A stretch of 64,000 nt of DNA from Schizochytrium sp. TIO01 (Eukaryota > Protista > Bigyra: Labyrinthulomycetes). The notes under the pieces were generated by a model that saw only the letters and a program-made list of their open reading frames with translations, was not told where the DNA came from and ran no database searches. Positions 10,823 to 24,240 of the stretch are shown here, piece after piece. The stretch is from positions 3,076,747 to 3,140,746 of the forward strand of contig SMSO01000037.1 of NCBI GenBank assembly GCA_004764695.1, written 5' to 3'. Positions within the stretch are counted from its first letter, which is position 1; every line of letters starts with the position of its first letter. A program made the translations under genes and the position numbers.

Positions 10823-12929
10823 ATGGCTAACTCCAAGGAGATTCACCCCTCTTCGGGCAAGAAGCCTGAAGACGTGGAGATGGCAATGCAAGGTCTGCGT
10901 GACGGCGTTATTGGCGCTTTTAAGCCGGCCCAGACCCCATTTGGTCTCAAGCCTGTGGTCTATGCCGATTGGACTGCCAGTGGTCGTGGATACGGTCCAT
11001 TGGAAGACTACATCCGTAATAAGGTTGTACCGTTTTATGCTAACACACATACGACATCTTCTCTGACGGGTCTTCCAGAGTACTCTCTTTCGTGAAGAGG
11101 CTCGCAAGATTATTGGAGACTCTGTCCACGCGACGAGTGATGATCTCGTCATCTTCACTGGCACTGGTGCGACGGGAGCTGTGAACAAATTGGTTACCCT
11201 CCTTGGACTTGACTTTAGTGGACGTCTGGATATCCGCGAAAGCGCACGCCCAGTTGTCCTGGTTGGACCCTTTGAGCATCATAGTAACCTTCTTCCGTGG
11301 CGTGAATCCAACGCAGAGGTTATCAATGTTCCCGAGCGCAAGAACGGGCCAGGTGCTGATCAAGAAGTTCTTGAACAACTCTTGAAGCAGTACAAGAACC
11401 GCCCTCTGATTGTTGGCTCCTTCTCAGCTGGCTCAAATGTCACGGGTGTTCTTGAGGATGTCAACGGCGTCTCTAGCCTCCTCCATCGCTATGGTGCACT
11501 CGCTTGCTGGGATTACGCTGCTGCTGGCCCGTATGCTCATATCGACATGAACCCGGAGCTTCCGAAGAATGACCCGAACTATGGACTGGCCTACAAGGAT
11601 GCAGCTTTCATTTCTGTACATAAATTTGTTGGCGGCCTCGGCACTCCAGGTGTTTTGGTAGTCAAGAAGAAGCATTGCACTACTGTTGTTCCTCACGCTG
11701 GAAACATTGGTGGTGGCACTGTGGCCTACGTTCGTGAAGACGGCCAACTTTATCTTCATAATGCCATTGAACGCGAAGAAGGTGGTACTCCGGACATTGT
11801 CGGCGCGATTCGCGCAGGTCTAACCTTTAAACTCAAGGAATCAGTTGGTTGGGAGAACATTGAAAAACGAGAAGTGGAGCTGGGTCATCTGGTGAACTCC
11901 AAGCTGGGTGCACATCCCAAAATTTCTCTGCTTGGGCCGAAATGGGGCCAAGGCCCTCGCCTGTCGATTGTGACCTTTGTTATTCGCCACGGCAATAGAT
12001 TTCTGCATCATAACTTTGTCTCAGCTGTGTTAAATGACATTTTCGGCATTCAAACACGTGGTGGGTGCATGTGCGCTGGTATCTACGCACGGCGTGTGCT
12101 GGGCATTGATTACAAATCGCTGCTTGCCATGGAGACAGAAATGCTCAAGCAACCTGAGATTGCAAGCTTCATTAAGTTTGGTTTCACTCGATTCAGCCTG
12201 TCGTACTTTGCCAGCGAAGAAGAGGTGAACTTCATCCTTGACGCTGTTCTTGCCGTGGCTGATCATGCCTGGAAGCTCCTTCCCTTGTACAGGTATAACA
12301 CTCACACTGGTGAGTGGAAACACAAATCTCTGAGTAATGAGACCTTGGACCAACTTTGGCTCAAGGACGCAGAGCTCTTTGATGCACAAGGCCAAAAGCA
12401 GCCTTTGGATACTGTGGATTTGCTTCAGAGAGGTCCGACGCCGGACTTTGATCACCTATTGGCCCAAGGAATCGAGGACATGGTCAAAGCTGCAGAATCG
12501 TCCAAGGTTGAGGTACTTGAAGACCAAACCAAATCATTTACTCATGAAACCAACAATATGCGCTGGTTTGTCTTGCCCTCGGAAGTGTATTCTCAGATTT
12601 GCGAAGACCGTGAGGCAGCTTTGACTTCGGAGACATTTGGTCCAATCGACCCCTCGCGCTATGAATTACTCAGAGCCACCGAAATGCCTCACCAGTATCA
12701 GCAAGACATCGAGACTATCTCTGTGGAATCTATGTCGGTTTCGTCGGATATCAGCTCTGATAGCCCCAACATGCGCAATCTGTCATCCGACGGTTTTCAC
12801 AAACCGGCCGCAGATGAGCTGAAGAAGAAAACCATTTCAAAGAAGAAATCCTCCGGAAGCAGATTCTTTGGATGGCTTACTCAACTCCGTAAGCGTGAAA
12901 CTCAGCTTGCGATTCAAGTCAGAGCTTAA
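10823..12929 (+). CDS. Cysteine desulfurase-like class-V PLP enzyme, paralogue 2 (no TtcA domain), interrupted by a single +1 C at 11075-11076; ~701 aa when repaired
   Basis: ORF 10784-11095 (first ATG 10823) and ORF 11181-12929 are both colinear with the 744 gene. Removing one C from GGT CTT CCA GAG gives GLQSTLFREEARKIIGDSV...FTGTGATGAVNK. 2107 nt minus 1 is divisible by 3. Motifs SVHKF and RGGCMCAG are intact. Could be an assembly error, a recent pseudogene or recoding. Confidence 0.85.
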
Positions 12930-13079
12930 GGACACTTGACACACTCCAAAATGTATAAAGAGCAGTGCCGCACTCTGCATGACATAATTTACATAAGAAA
13001 TAATCATCATTCATAAGTCTACATTTTTCAGTTCCGGAAAAATAGTTTCGATCATATGGTCCTATGATTTTCGCTGTTT

Positions 13080-13285
13080 TAATAGATGAAGCAGTCTTAG
13101 ATTGTATTATATGTGCAATTTTAATAGTGCAGAGGTGACTTTCTTTGTAGATGCATAAGCGTTGTATTGCGTCCATTACCTCTGCACTTTAACTAGTGTA
13201 GAGATGATCACCTTTAAAGATGAAGAAGGACTGCATTGGATTCATCATATGTACAATTTAAACAGTGCAGAGTTGACAAAACCAA
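13080..13285 (+). pseudogene. Degenerate 69-bp tandem repeat, possibly a leucine-rich-repeat gene remnant
   Basis: About 3 copies with a 69-nt period (e.g. AATAGTGCAGAGGTGAC, ACTAGTGTAGAGATGAT, AACAGTGCAGAGTTGAC). The + frame reads MCNFNSAEVTFFVDA*ALYCVHYLCTLTSVEMITFKDEEGLHWIHHMYNLNSAELT, a 23-aa LRR-like pattern with one stop. Confidence 0.45.
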
Positions 13286-15703
13286 AGCATGCGTAAGTAG
13301 TACTAAATTATACATCTTTTTAGAGAATTAAATTCATACTCAAGGGTCATATTCAAGATCATTCTTTAAGGACTCATTTCCATAACTTTATTTTGCAAGC
13401 ATACGTTAAGATATCGACAAGTATTTGCCTATTCACAAGTCTTGATGAGGCTCAACGTATCCACAAGTTGTAAAATTCGACACCAAGGTAAAATCGGATT
13501 CCTCAATTTAAAACGATTCTCCATATGACGCTCTTAGGCTTCTGAATTCAAGAGATCTCCCCAATTCTATGGGATTTATGCCAACGCCTTATGGCGTTAC
13601 TTACTCCCCTGGCTATTCATTCAAGCATCGATTTCATAACAGAAAGACTTTTCGATTCTCTCCGTTGTCACTTCTGCTTCAAAACTTCCCTTCTCGTGTG
13701 ACCACCAAATCGACGCAACTCCGCATGAATTTCGCAAATCCAGCGCGGCTGCTTTCATTCGTCTCTGTCTGAATTAGCAATCTAAATTAGCCCAGATAAC
13801 CGGCGCCTGATCCCGGCGTTGCTACGAATGGGCTTTCTTCTCCTCCTCACGTGTGCTCTTGGGACTGTAGGTTGGTTGGCTTACGAATTACAACGCGTTA
13901 CAGGCGCCACTCTAATAACAGCCGCGCTGAGCCCCTTTTCGAGCCATGATGGCATTACTATGCTCACTTCTCCAAGCGAAACAATTTACGCTGCGTCTGA
14001 CCGACTCTGTCACAGGTCGCCTTTCTTTATGGCTGCGAATGACGCCGTTGTTGTCCCAAGTGCAAATATCCGAAGCCAATTCGCCATTGCATTGAAGAAA
14101 ACTTTCACCCTTTGCTTCCGTTTTAACAATCAATAACTTTGTGCACCATAGAAAGAAAATAGAAAATAGAACTTCGAGGTCGCTACCGCGTTCTAGTCGT
14201 CAATCGAAGTGCGTGCGCCTTTCGGAGTTGCGAAGTAAACTTGAGATGTGATTATTATTCCTGAAAAAGCAAAACCTCGAAAACCTTAAGTAAAGAAAGA
14301 GAGCCAAAAGAGCCCGTTTCTCTTTGCAGAAGGTACCTAAAGATATCCAGTCAGTTCTTTCACATTACTTACTTACTGCCGTTCAGAGCGAATGGGACCT
14401 TTCAAGAGGAGACTCCCTTTCAGAGAGTTCCACCATCCGGAGCCTCCCTTGGATCTGCTCTTTCGTGTGGGAACGAGCGATGCTCAAAGGTCCCTGACAA
14501 CTCTTCCTTTCCCGGAAACAGGATCGATCGATCCTTCGAAGAAAGCGAATGAATCTGTTTGGTTTTGCCTTCTTTTTTACTTTTAAAAAAAAAAAAGCGA
14601 AGCACAAATCCATCCAAAGTATCAACTTTTTCCCGAAATCTTCAAAGCCTTAGTTGGCCTGAAGATACCTGGTCGAGTGTGGCTTTTCAGATTGCGGCTT
14701 TTATCAGAATCTGATCACATTTTGGTCTTGGATTGCTGGCGTTGTCAGCGCTTGAACTCAAGTTTTTATTGAGCTTTTGATGCGAATTGAGGCCAACAAA
14801 CTTGAGCTAAACGATGCACAATGGAAGCCGCTTATAAAACTCAGATTATGCATTCACTTGGTAAAGTTAGAAACCCATTTGAGTGTCTCTATGGGCCGGG
14901 TCACCTGTGCTTTTGTAGCACCAAGGTTAGTCTGCTGTCTGTCTCTAACCATGAATTATTTGTAGATCATCATCACACATTAGATAATATAAAGCTTTCT
15001 TTCACAATAATCTTCAAGTAACGTATATGGAAAGTATTCTTGCTAAGAGCTAACAAAAGGACAGGATCGTGCATCGTTGTTAACCATGGCAATACTTTAG
15101 GCTCAAAGTTGCAAGTAAAAACGCGTCGGAGCCGCGGTCTTCAATTGTATTTGATCGCGTCGCGTCGATGAACGTTGGAAGATTGCCGATGCAATGCTAT
15201 GTTCGCAGAAACTGAAAGGGTTTTCACTTAATTTTCTATTCTCTTTAGAAGGAAAGAAATTATGTTTTTTAATTTATATTTTTTTAACCTTCAACACCAT
15301 GATTGCCAGTTAGTAGGTACTTAATAAGATCCCGACTTGATACTTGCAAACGTATGCCTAAGTATATTCGGCACATACCTCGCTTCGCAGCAAATAGATA
15401 AAGGCGCAGCTCTAGAAACAGAGCATGCTTAAACATATTTCTATCTCAGATTTCCAGAGACCGCATTCTTGAACCCCAATTTATGATGGGAAAACAAGTT
15501 GCACCGGTGTTCGATTGTTTTTTTTTAAAGTTAATTATTATGATGATGAGCATGATGAAAGCAATCAAAAAAGCAAAATGAGATGATGTTAGCCTGTTCT
15601 ATCGCTGCAGATTTCTCAGTTGTACACATTATCCACGCGACCCAAGTTTTCAATGCAGTTAGTTTGACACTTCTAACAACAGTCTCAGACAGCACCTACG
15701 CCA

Positions 15704-15862
15704 GAATTGAATTAAATTGAATTGAATTGAATTGAATTGAATTGAATTGAATTGAATTGAATTGAATTGAATTGAATTGAATTGAATTGAATTGAATTGA
15801 ATTGAATTGAATTGAATTGAATTGAATTGAATTGAATTGAATTGAATTGAATTGAATTGAAT
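15704..15862. repeat. (GAATT)n pentanucleotide microsatellite
   Basis: Directly visible. Confidence 0.98.
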
Positions 15863-18800
15863 GGCTTTGTGTTTTTAAGCACCGTCATAAAATTAAAAAA
15901 AAAAAAAAAAAAAAAACAGAGAAACTTCGGCATTTTACTTTCGGAGTAGAGGCTCAAGAGTGACAGGCTCGCGTATGCTGGTTCATCAAAGGAGAACTAC
16001 AACAATTAGGCGATATAGCTGCTAAGAGAAAGAGCATAGAACTACTTAGTCGCAAATGTTGTGTCTGTCATACCTCAGAGCAATCGAGGATTGCGCGAGT
16101 CGCATCTATGCGTAAAAGTTCGCCATCATTGGGAATGCAATCACGCTCGAAGCGATATTCATGTGCCGCATACATAGATAGTCCTTTGGGAAGGTCATTC
16201 ATCTCCGTTCTGCGAACAAAAGGAGAAAACAGTTTGGCACTTATGGAGGGTGCGGTCATACAAGTTGCGACGACATTCATGGCAGTCCTGCTTCTTCATT
16301 TCGGATGAATAATTATGTAGAAGTTACTTTCCCTCATTCCCGCACCTTCATGAAGTCAGATTTGCCCTTCCATGTAGCAACAATACTTCGAAATGCTTAA
16401 ATGCTTGTCGTACCAGAAATAACATCGTCATTATGAAAGGTATCGTCAACGGAGAGGCGAGTGCTTTGAATTGTCAAACAAGTTGCAAAGCCAGATATAT
16501 CAGACACTGCATTCTTTGAAATATGCTTTCTTAAGTCTTGTGGTTTGTCTCGCTCGCTTCACAACCCATTGTGTGTGGTTGGCTCATTTGCAGATTTTAG
16601 TCGCTTCTCTCGGGCATGTAGGTAGGTACACTGAAGCATGCGCAGCTGAGACCTTGAATGCATAATTCGGAAGCAACTTGCTAAAATCCAAGCACGTGCC
16701 GATTGCTGTTGTTGCTCAGTTTATGCAAATATATGTACCCACAATGCGTTCTTCTCTCCGCTACCTGCATGAACTACTACATCGGCTGGCACGGGAGGTT
16801 GGCTTTACGCCATCATATTTGTACGCAAAGTTTTCTATTTCGTTTGAAGAAAAACATGGCGTTTTCTAATTCTTACAGGATTGTGAATTCTGCTTTACAG
16901 CGCTGCTATTCCGCCTCTATATGATGGCGTCCTCTCCTGTGCACACCTGGAAGCTCCTGATCTCAGCCTCCACACCTCAAACCTTATTTGTGGCAATTCT
17001 TATGGTGACAATTTACATTATATAGCTAGAAGGGGTCCGCGGATTCGCAGATTCCGCTACTTCATCATGCAAATCAGAGCTGATCCAGTCCTGGTAGGTT
17101 AGCTCTACAGAGCTGCAGAAAGCAATGGCCACATATAGTTGTACGCAAGCACCAGGCAATTGCACCGAAGTCAGAGCAGCTTTAAGTGCCCAGGTGCCAG
17201 GTTTCCATGGCCTGTGTTGCTTTTCCAACCCAAGCAGTGCAAAGCTAAGTGTACGCTCAGCCCGCCGAGGTGTAAACCCTGGCATTTTCAGTAGCCAAGC
17301 ACGGTCGATGCGAAGAATTGCAGCTTGTTGAAGCACCGATTGATGACAGCATTGATTCATGCTTCATGCATGCTTCATATTGCTGCACTACGTACCTTCA
17401 CCAGCCAGCAGATAGAATATAGAATTAAGAACCGCAAACAAGTTGGTCATTTTCACGTGCCGATCCTTTTTTGCTCTCGCTAAGTCCTAGCTACCCACTG
17501 ATATCTATTAGGAGTAAGCAGAAAAAAGAAAAGAAAAAAAAAACTTTTGCGCGCGCAATACCTGGCGTGGGACAGCATGCGCGCGCGTGGAACAGCCCCT
17601 TGACTCTTGTTTTCATTGGTAGGTAGGCAGAGCAATTCTAGAGCCTGCCCTTCTTCGACAAACGCAGAGTCGTTCAGCCAGGGATTACGGAGGCCCGCCA
17701 TCCATCTACCGAAAGGCTCCATCGACGTTCTCAATCTAAGCTATTGAGTTCATGGAATCAGAGTTTGGAAAACTTGGGTCGCCCGTCTCTGGTTTTTATT
17801 TTTTAATAATTTATTTTTGTAACTAAGAATTTTAAAAAAATCATCGGAAGGATCATAGTAATTTCCTGAAAGAAAAGAGACAACCAAACAAAAAAAAGGG
17901 GGAAAAGGAAGAATGTCAAGTAGGCCTCTATACCTACTGGTTTAAGGGAACACTGTGTCGTGTTTAGAAGTCATGGCAGATCAGAGAGGCCCCAAGGTGC
18001 ACGATCTGTGTGATCTTCGAGTACACCGCGTGCGCTGAGCACGTAATTAATTTGTTAGCTCAAGCCTGCTCATCACATTTTAATCTACATCTCCCGAGAT
18101 TCGCGATGTTGCCCAGTCATTCTGATCTCGTTTATTTTGTTTGTATTTTACAATTCGATTTTGTTTAATATTTTATGAAAAAAAAAACTTTTAAAAAGAA
18201 ACTTGATATCATCTACGATTCAGGGTACCCGCAGTGCTACTGCTCCCCGTAGCTGGCCTCTAAGCGTGCATTTCAAAGATCACTAGGACTAGAAATCCTC
18301 TTCATCCTCCATCGAACTCTATGTCGTGTCCCAGGTTCGCTGCCTGCGAATCGCGGTTTGAGGCCGGGCCTTCTCGCACTATGTTTCTGTGATGTGGTAT
18401 GCATCTTGACAGGCATTCTTTCCCACCCACCATCCAATATTTCCTCAATCATTTCTGCTGCTGCGCTCGATCTTTCAAGAGTTCAACTTGAACTCATTTG
18501 TCCTATTTCCAAAGTTACCTTCGTTCTTCTTCCTTTCTTTCCAGCTTGTCAAACTCGATCGCTCAAGTCTTTGACCCACGGGTCCCCCCTCTCGCCCGCA
18601 GCAAACCCCGCATCTCCTTCCTGAAAGAGAACCCGCGCCGTGAAAACTCCGACGGCCCTTTCACCGAAGTCTTTTCCGTCTGTTTGCTCTGCCTTCCTGC
18701 CTTCCTGCCTTCCTGCCTTTCTGTCTGTCTGTCTGTCTGTTTGTGATGTCGCTATTGCAAGCCTGTCGCAGAACAAGTAGCTGCAGCATCATCCATAACC

Positions 18801-18956
18801 ACCGTGGTTCTGAGGGGTTGGCCGCCGAGCCATACTCTTACTGCCGCTCTCACTTTGAAACTTAATTAAAAGTTAAACTTAAACTCCAACTTGAAGTCTT
18901 CACTTGCATCTTCAACCTGAAGTTCAAGCTCCAGCTCAACTCCAAGTCCTCGTCTT

Positions 18957-18986
18957 CAAAGTTAAAGTTAAAGTTAAAGTTAAAGT
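18957..18986. repeat. (AAAGTT)n short tandem repeat ending a hexamer-periodic tract
   Basis: Directly visible; a looser hexamer periodicity starts at about 18850. Confidence 0.8.
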
Positions 18987-21299
18987 CGAGAGATTCTGAT
19001 TGATTTCATACTGCTGTACTCATGGAAGGAGCTTCGAAGCTGTCTCTAGTTGCTTTAAGTTATCTATCTATCCATCTCCGTCGTCACGATTTCACGTGCC
19101 AGGTTTATAGAAAACGAGCGACCAGACTCGCAGACGTACGGATCCAGCAAGACACGGAGCGCCGCCGCGTTTGCTTGGGAAACGAACGAACGTTATGCTC
19201 TGCTTGGCAAGCTTGCTGGCAGAGGAACTCGGCGCCTGCCACCGGAGAGGCTGATCGAACGGCCCTTGGAGGACTTCGCAGGCGCACGAAAGTGATTGAA
19301 TGATAGAGGGCACGTGCACACCCATCCAGCTAACTAGCTGAGCTGTCTATCTATTACATATATACATATATATATATGTATGTGTATATATGTATGTGTA
19401 TATATGTATGTATGTATGTTTATATGTATGTATGCAGGCGATCGTTGGAGTTCATCGATGATCACTTTAGTTTTCTTATTTCCTTCTTGCCGCACTTTGA
19501 CAGCGCACCTTCGGCCGCCATTTATTTGTCTATTTATCTATTTAATTATCTCTGGCCATTTTAGCTGATGATAGCAGTACGCTTGCGTGGCCAACGAATG
19601 GCAATGACGAATAATGCCATGGCAGGATATCTCTGTTTTCTAAAAGTCCTGCTGCGAGTTCGTCTCGACTTCATTTCTTATGCTCTCAATGAATAAAATC
19701 GAGAGATGGGCTTTTTAGCTCTTTTCAAGACAGACTCGCACGACGCGGCCAAAGACATGCATTAATCCACGAGAGTCCTTTGCTTTGGTTTTCTTTGCTT
19801 AGCTTCAAGAAAGTAAGCAAGTAAGCACGTTAGAAAGAAAGAAGGTTTATGGCGCGTGCTGCAGCTTCAAGCAGACCGTTCGATAGGTTTGTTTGTCTTC
19901 TTCTCCATCCTGGAATGATCTAAATTACTGCGACGCGTGCTCTCTCTTCGTCCAACTGCTCCGTTAATGGCCGGGAATATTTACAATCTTCGTAACAGTC
20001 CTCATATGTGCAGCGATGTGATGGCTTGATGAAAGGAGATCGTCCAAGTTGGACTTCGTTCTGCAATACAAAATAGTCATCGTTCATTTGTTCGTTGCTG
20101 CGTCTGTTCAGAGTGCCCTAATAGGCCCAATTTCGAGTGCCGAGCATCCGAAAAGGCCTAACTGCTCTGGCCGCGCTTTCTTCAGACCTCCTGTCAGCAC
20201 TCGAAAGAAGGCGGGATCTCTCAACGGTTGGCGACGGCGAAGAACGATGGAGCCATACTTACTTCGATTGAGCCAACGAGAGAACATCGCATTTCGGATG
20301 TCGTTTGTTTGCTCTTGAAAGGGTCGATCGGTTGGTCTGTTGGTCTGTTGGTTGGTTGGTTGGTTGGTTGGTTAATATCCATTCGCAAAGAGAATGGAGT
20401 GAATGAACTTATATTCAGAATGCCTTCGTAGATGAGGCGGCAAACTTCGTGGCAGATAAAAGAGAAGAAGAAGAAGAAGAGAGCTCAGGGCCACGGTATA
20501 CTTCTTTTTTTATGGTTTAATTTTTATTTTTTAATTACATTCTTTCCTTTTTTAGAATAAGCTCTTTTCCAGTGTCTATCTATCTATCTATCCATCTCGT
20601 GCTTTTCCCAACTGAGAATACTGAGAAAGAAAGTGAGAGGGGAGAGATTGAAGAGCGACACCTCCTCGTGCTTCATAGCGCTTACTAGTAAGAGTGAATG
20701 AAGTTCCAGAAGACTGCGGGAAAGTGGAAAGTGAGAGGGATAAAAAGTGAGTGAGTGAAAGTAAAACTTGAAACACAAAGAGGAACTTTGAAGAGGGAAG
20801 CTTTTGGCTACCTATTGTTAACTCTACGGATCAGGGGCTGCTGTGGCGACTACCTTCCTACAACCTACCTACCTCTCTATCTATATACCGATGATGTGCG
20901 CAACGAAAGTAGTACCAACGAAATAAAACTAAGCGAAACTACATAAAACTAAATAGAGGAATGAATTGAGCGACGAGGAATGAACAAATCATGGTACCTG
21001 GTCGCTCATTCCCTGTGAAAACCTGCCGCTTGCTGGCAAGTGGGTGGATGGCCGTGACTTTGATAGGTTTAGAGCGTCATGTGCGTTGGCCAAAAATCCA
21101 AAAGAAGTCGTGGCTTCCGCAGAGCTGAACAGCTATCTCCAAAACATCGCTAACTCCTTTCGATGGTCTAAACTGTAGACAAGATTGTGGCTTCGTAACA
21201 GTCGCATGCATATCATGGTTAACCGCGATACACGCCTCGTGGCAGTTCCTGCGCGTGCCCATAACTATTGGCAGCCTAATTGTGATCCATATCCGGCAT

Positions 21300-21405
21300 C
21301 ATTCACTCATTCACTCATCCATTCATTCATTCAATCAATCAATCAAACAATCAAACAATCAAACAATCAATCAATGAATGAATCAATGAATCAATGAATC
21401 AATCA
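21300..21405. repeat. Compound (ATTC)/(AATC)/(AATG) microsatellite
   Basis: Directly visible. Confidence 0.85.
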
Positions 21406-22603
21406 TTTATTAGCATGCGGTTGAACGGAATTCGTTGTCCGATGATGACGAGCGAGATCGACTGCAGCGACCAACGCACCTAAATCGCGCAATTAAAACT
21501 CGTAGCAACGTCGGTAAATCTGAGCGATCTTTAGATTCCTGGCTTTGATCGCCTCAAATCTTCGCCTCTTCAACGCTCTGCTCCTCTACTGACTATAACT
21601 GCTGCAAGTTCCGCCAGCCGAGCTCTTTCTTTTGTAGTCTCCGCTGCCTCCCTCCATCAAGTCCATTTTCGAGGTGCCGTTAAACTCCATCGCAGTGCTT
21701 TCCATTTCGCACGGCACAGCCACTTCGATCCCTCCAAGTCTCAGCAGTGCTTGCTTACTTACGCGTGGATGGCTGGAATCAACAACAACAACGTAGTTCT
21801 CGCAGACCAAATTGTACCCGAATGACCCGGAGCAGCAAACTTGAGCTCTTCAACTGCCAAGATCTCTTGATCGTCGAGCTTTATGACGAATCGTCGATGC
21901 GCTTGGAGTGAATGATTTCGCAGAGGCACTTGAGCTCCTGCCAAAGCGAAACCTGGGATGACTCAGGAGCTAGCTGCCAAGCAGATGAACAAACAATAAG
22001 AACAAACAAACAATAAAGATAAACAGACTGCTAAACATGTTCGCGTGCCATTGATTGAACGATGCAATGGGGGAAACTAAGAGCGTGCAGTCGCTAGCTA
22101 GGCCTATGCCACTTCTAGAGGGGTTGAACTTAACAGCGAGGACCTGTTAATCAAGTCCCTCAAGTAATAGAATTCGCTGTTTACTGTTACTTCTATTTTC
22201 TTTTTCTTCTGTTTTGGTGAATTTTTTTTTCTTTTCTTTTTTTTCTAATTTACCAATTTTAAGTACTAGTAAGGAAATAACTAAATAACTAAATAGCTAA
22301 ATAAATGAAAGAATAAAAATAAGAAACTAGAAAACACTTGAGGACAAAGAATCGAGGAAAGAAGGAACGTACCTTCTTGAAACCTTCCGCGGTATCGCTC
22401 TTCATAGAAAAGCGTCAACGCACCACTCCATATTCAGGTGCTCAGCAGTCGCCTCACTTTAAAGCCCTCCGCAAAACCACTTTTGCACTCAACGTGGAGG
22501 CCAAAAGTGGTGAAATCAGGAAGTCAAGTCCCTTCGACCTCCTATTCGCTCACTCATCGACTACAATGTGCTAGCAACTAACTAGCTATCCACCTATATA
22601 AGC

Positions 22604-22660
22604 AGAAAGAAGAAAGAAGAAAGAAGAAAGAAGAAAGAAGAAAGAAGAAAGCAGAAAGAA
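22604..22660. repeat. (AGAAAGA)n heptamer repeat
   Basis: Directly visible. Confidence 0.9.
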
Positions 22661-24196
22661 GGTGGATGGGAAAGCCGCCTTTCTATTCATTTATGCTCTC
22701 TGTTCCTGCCATGCACAAAGACTTTGGCCTGAGAGCCATCATTTCTCCCAGCGAGACGGCGTAAACAATCAACTAAGACCTAACTCTTCAGGACCCTAAT
22801 CCTTCGAAAGCGCGAGTTTGCATGAAGAGAGAGAGAACGCACGCATTGCTTTTCAAGATTCTATAAGTGCCGGAGCTCCTCATCAACGCAGCAGGTAAGC
22901 TAGCAGTAGCTAGAAGGTACTTAGGACACACTTCAACTGGTACTACTACCCAGCTATCTATAGTAGTAGTCTTTAGGTTCTGGGTAAGAGTAACCATTTA
23001 TATATATATAGTTTGATCTGCTTAAGAACCGCTTTGCGAAGGTCCCTCTTCACCTCTCACTTTAGAAAAGCCATCGAATCCTAAAAAGCACAACCGGGAC
23101 GCCTCAAGAACATAGCGCACTGCAACTTACTAAAGCACTTTGACAGACACGCCAGCAGCTACAACCATTATCAGCTCATCCCTCCATCAACTAATCAATC
23201 AATCGATTAGAGACGAAGTTTGGAGCTTCGATGTCTTCAAACCACAGAACTACTTTCCAACGTATGTACGTATCAATCGAGTTGGAATACAAAAAAATAA
23301 TAAACCTAAAAATAAAATAGAGAATTGATTTTTAGTTTATAAATAGGTACTTCTTAACAGTTGAATCGGTTGTGACTATGAAGCTAGGCTATGCTGTGGG
23401 TATGGAATGGCCTATTGATGAGGCTACCCAGGACTTGTTTTGCAGCTGTTGCTCTTTGCAAAACTAACCATCATCGCCACTTTAGTATTTTGAATATTAT
23501 TTTAACTTATTTATTATTTCCCATTAGAGTGAAAAGTTAAAAATGCGACAACGTCAAATGAGATCGTTTACTGTTCATTCGTCGTCATGACAGAGAGATT
23601 GGCCAAACTGAGGTTGGCTTTGTTTAGTCTCCACGCTTAAGCTCGCGATACTTTAGAGCTCCAGCAAGTGAGTAAAGAAGAGGAAGTTCCGGGCAGACAA
23701 ACGAGTGAGTGAGTCTTCATCGCAGTCGATTCCATAATCGCAGTCGATTCCGTAATCGCTTGGTTCGATGGATTTCTCAGAAGCCTTCAGGTTCTTTCTT
23801 GCGAATGGGTGTGGAGCAATCAGGCCGCCCATAATGAAAACGGCACGACGATCTCCGCAATGGACGGCTCAAAGAGGCCCTCAGGTTCATCTTCGATACC
23901 AAATAGCGAGCTGGGAAGAGGTCGCGTGCGTCGCTGGCTATGCATTGATTGGGCTTTCAACTGTTCTTCACTTAGTTTGAGCATTCTTTGGCAAATTTGG
24001 GATAGATGAAGGGAGGTGGTAGGGCCTCGCTAGTGTATACTATAACCGAGGAGGACTACCTGTTCTCGAGAAAAGTGTCCTTTTGGGGGTCGATCTTTCA
24101 GTGAATCGATTATTCAATTCATTTCATTGATCTATCTATTCGGAGGTCTTTGGAAACTTACTGTGGAAACATCTTCAAAGTAAAAAGAAGAAGTCA

Positions 24197-24240
24197 CTTT
24201 GGTCTATCAACTTTGGTCTATCAACTTTGATCTATCAACC
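24197..24240. repeat. Three copies of a 14-mer CTTTGGTCTATCAA
   Basis: ctttggtctatcaa ctttggtctatcaa ctttgatctatcaa. Confidence 0.85.

Noticed and set aside
11040-11181. Intron as the explanation for the split ORFs of paralogues 2 and 3
   Set aside because: Both junctions align residue for residue with the paralogues once one base is removed, leaving no extra sequence to splice.
13080-13285. Regularly spaced repeats considered as a CRISPR-like array
   Set aside because: The whole 69-bp unit is degenerate with no identical repeat plus unique spacer structure, there are no cas genes, and the context is eukaryotic.
15704-15862. (GAATT)n as an interstitial telomere
   Set aside because: It does not match TTAGGG/TTTAGGG-type repeats; treated as an ordinary microsatellite.
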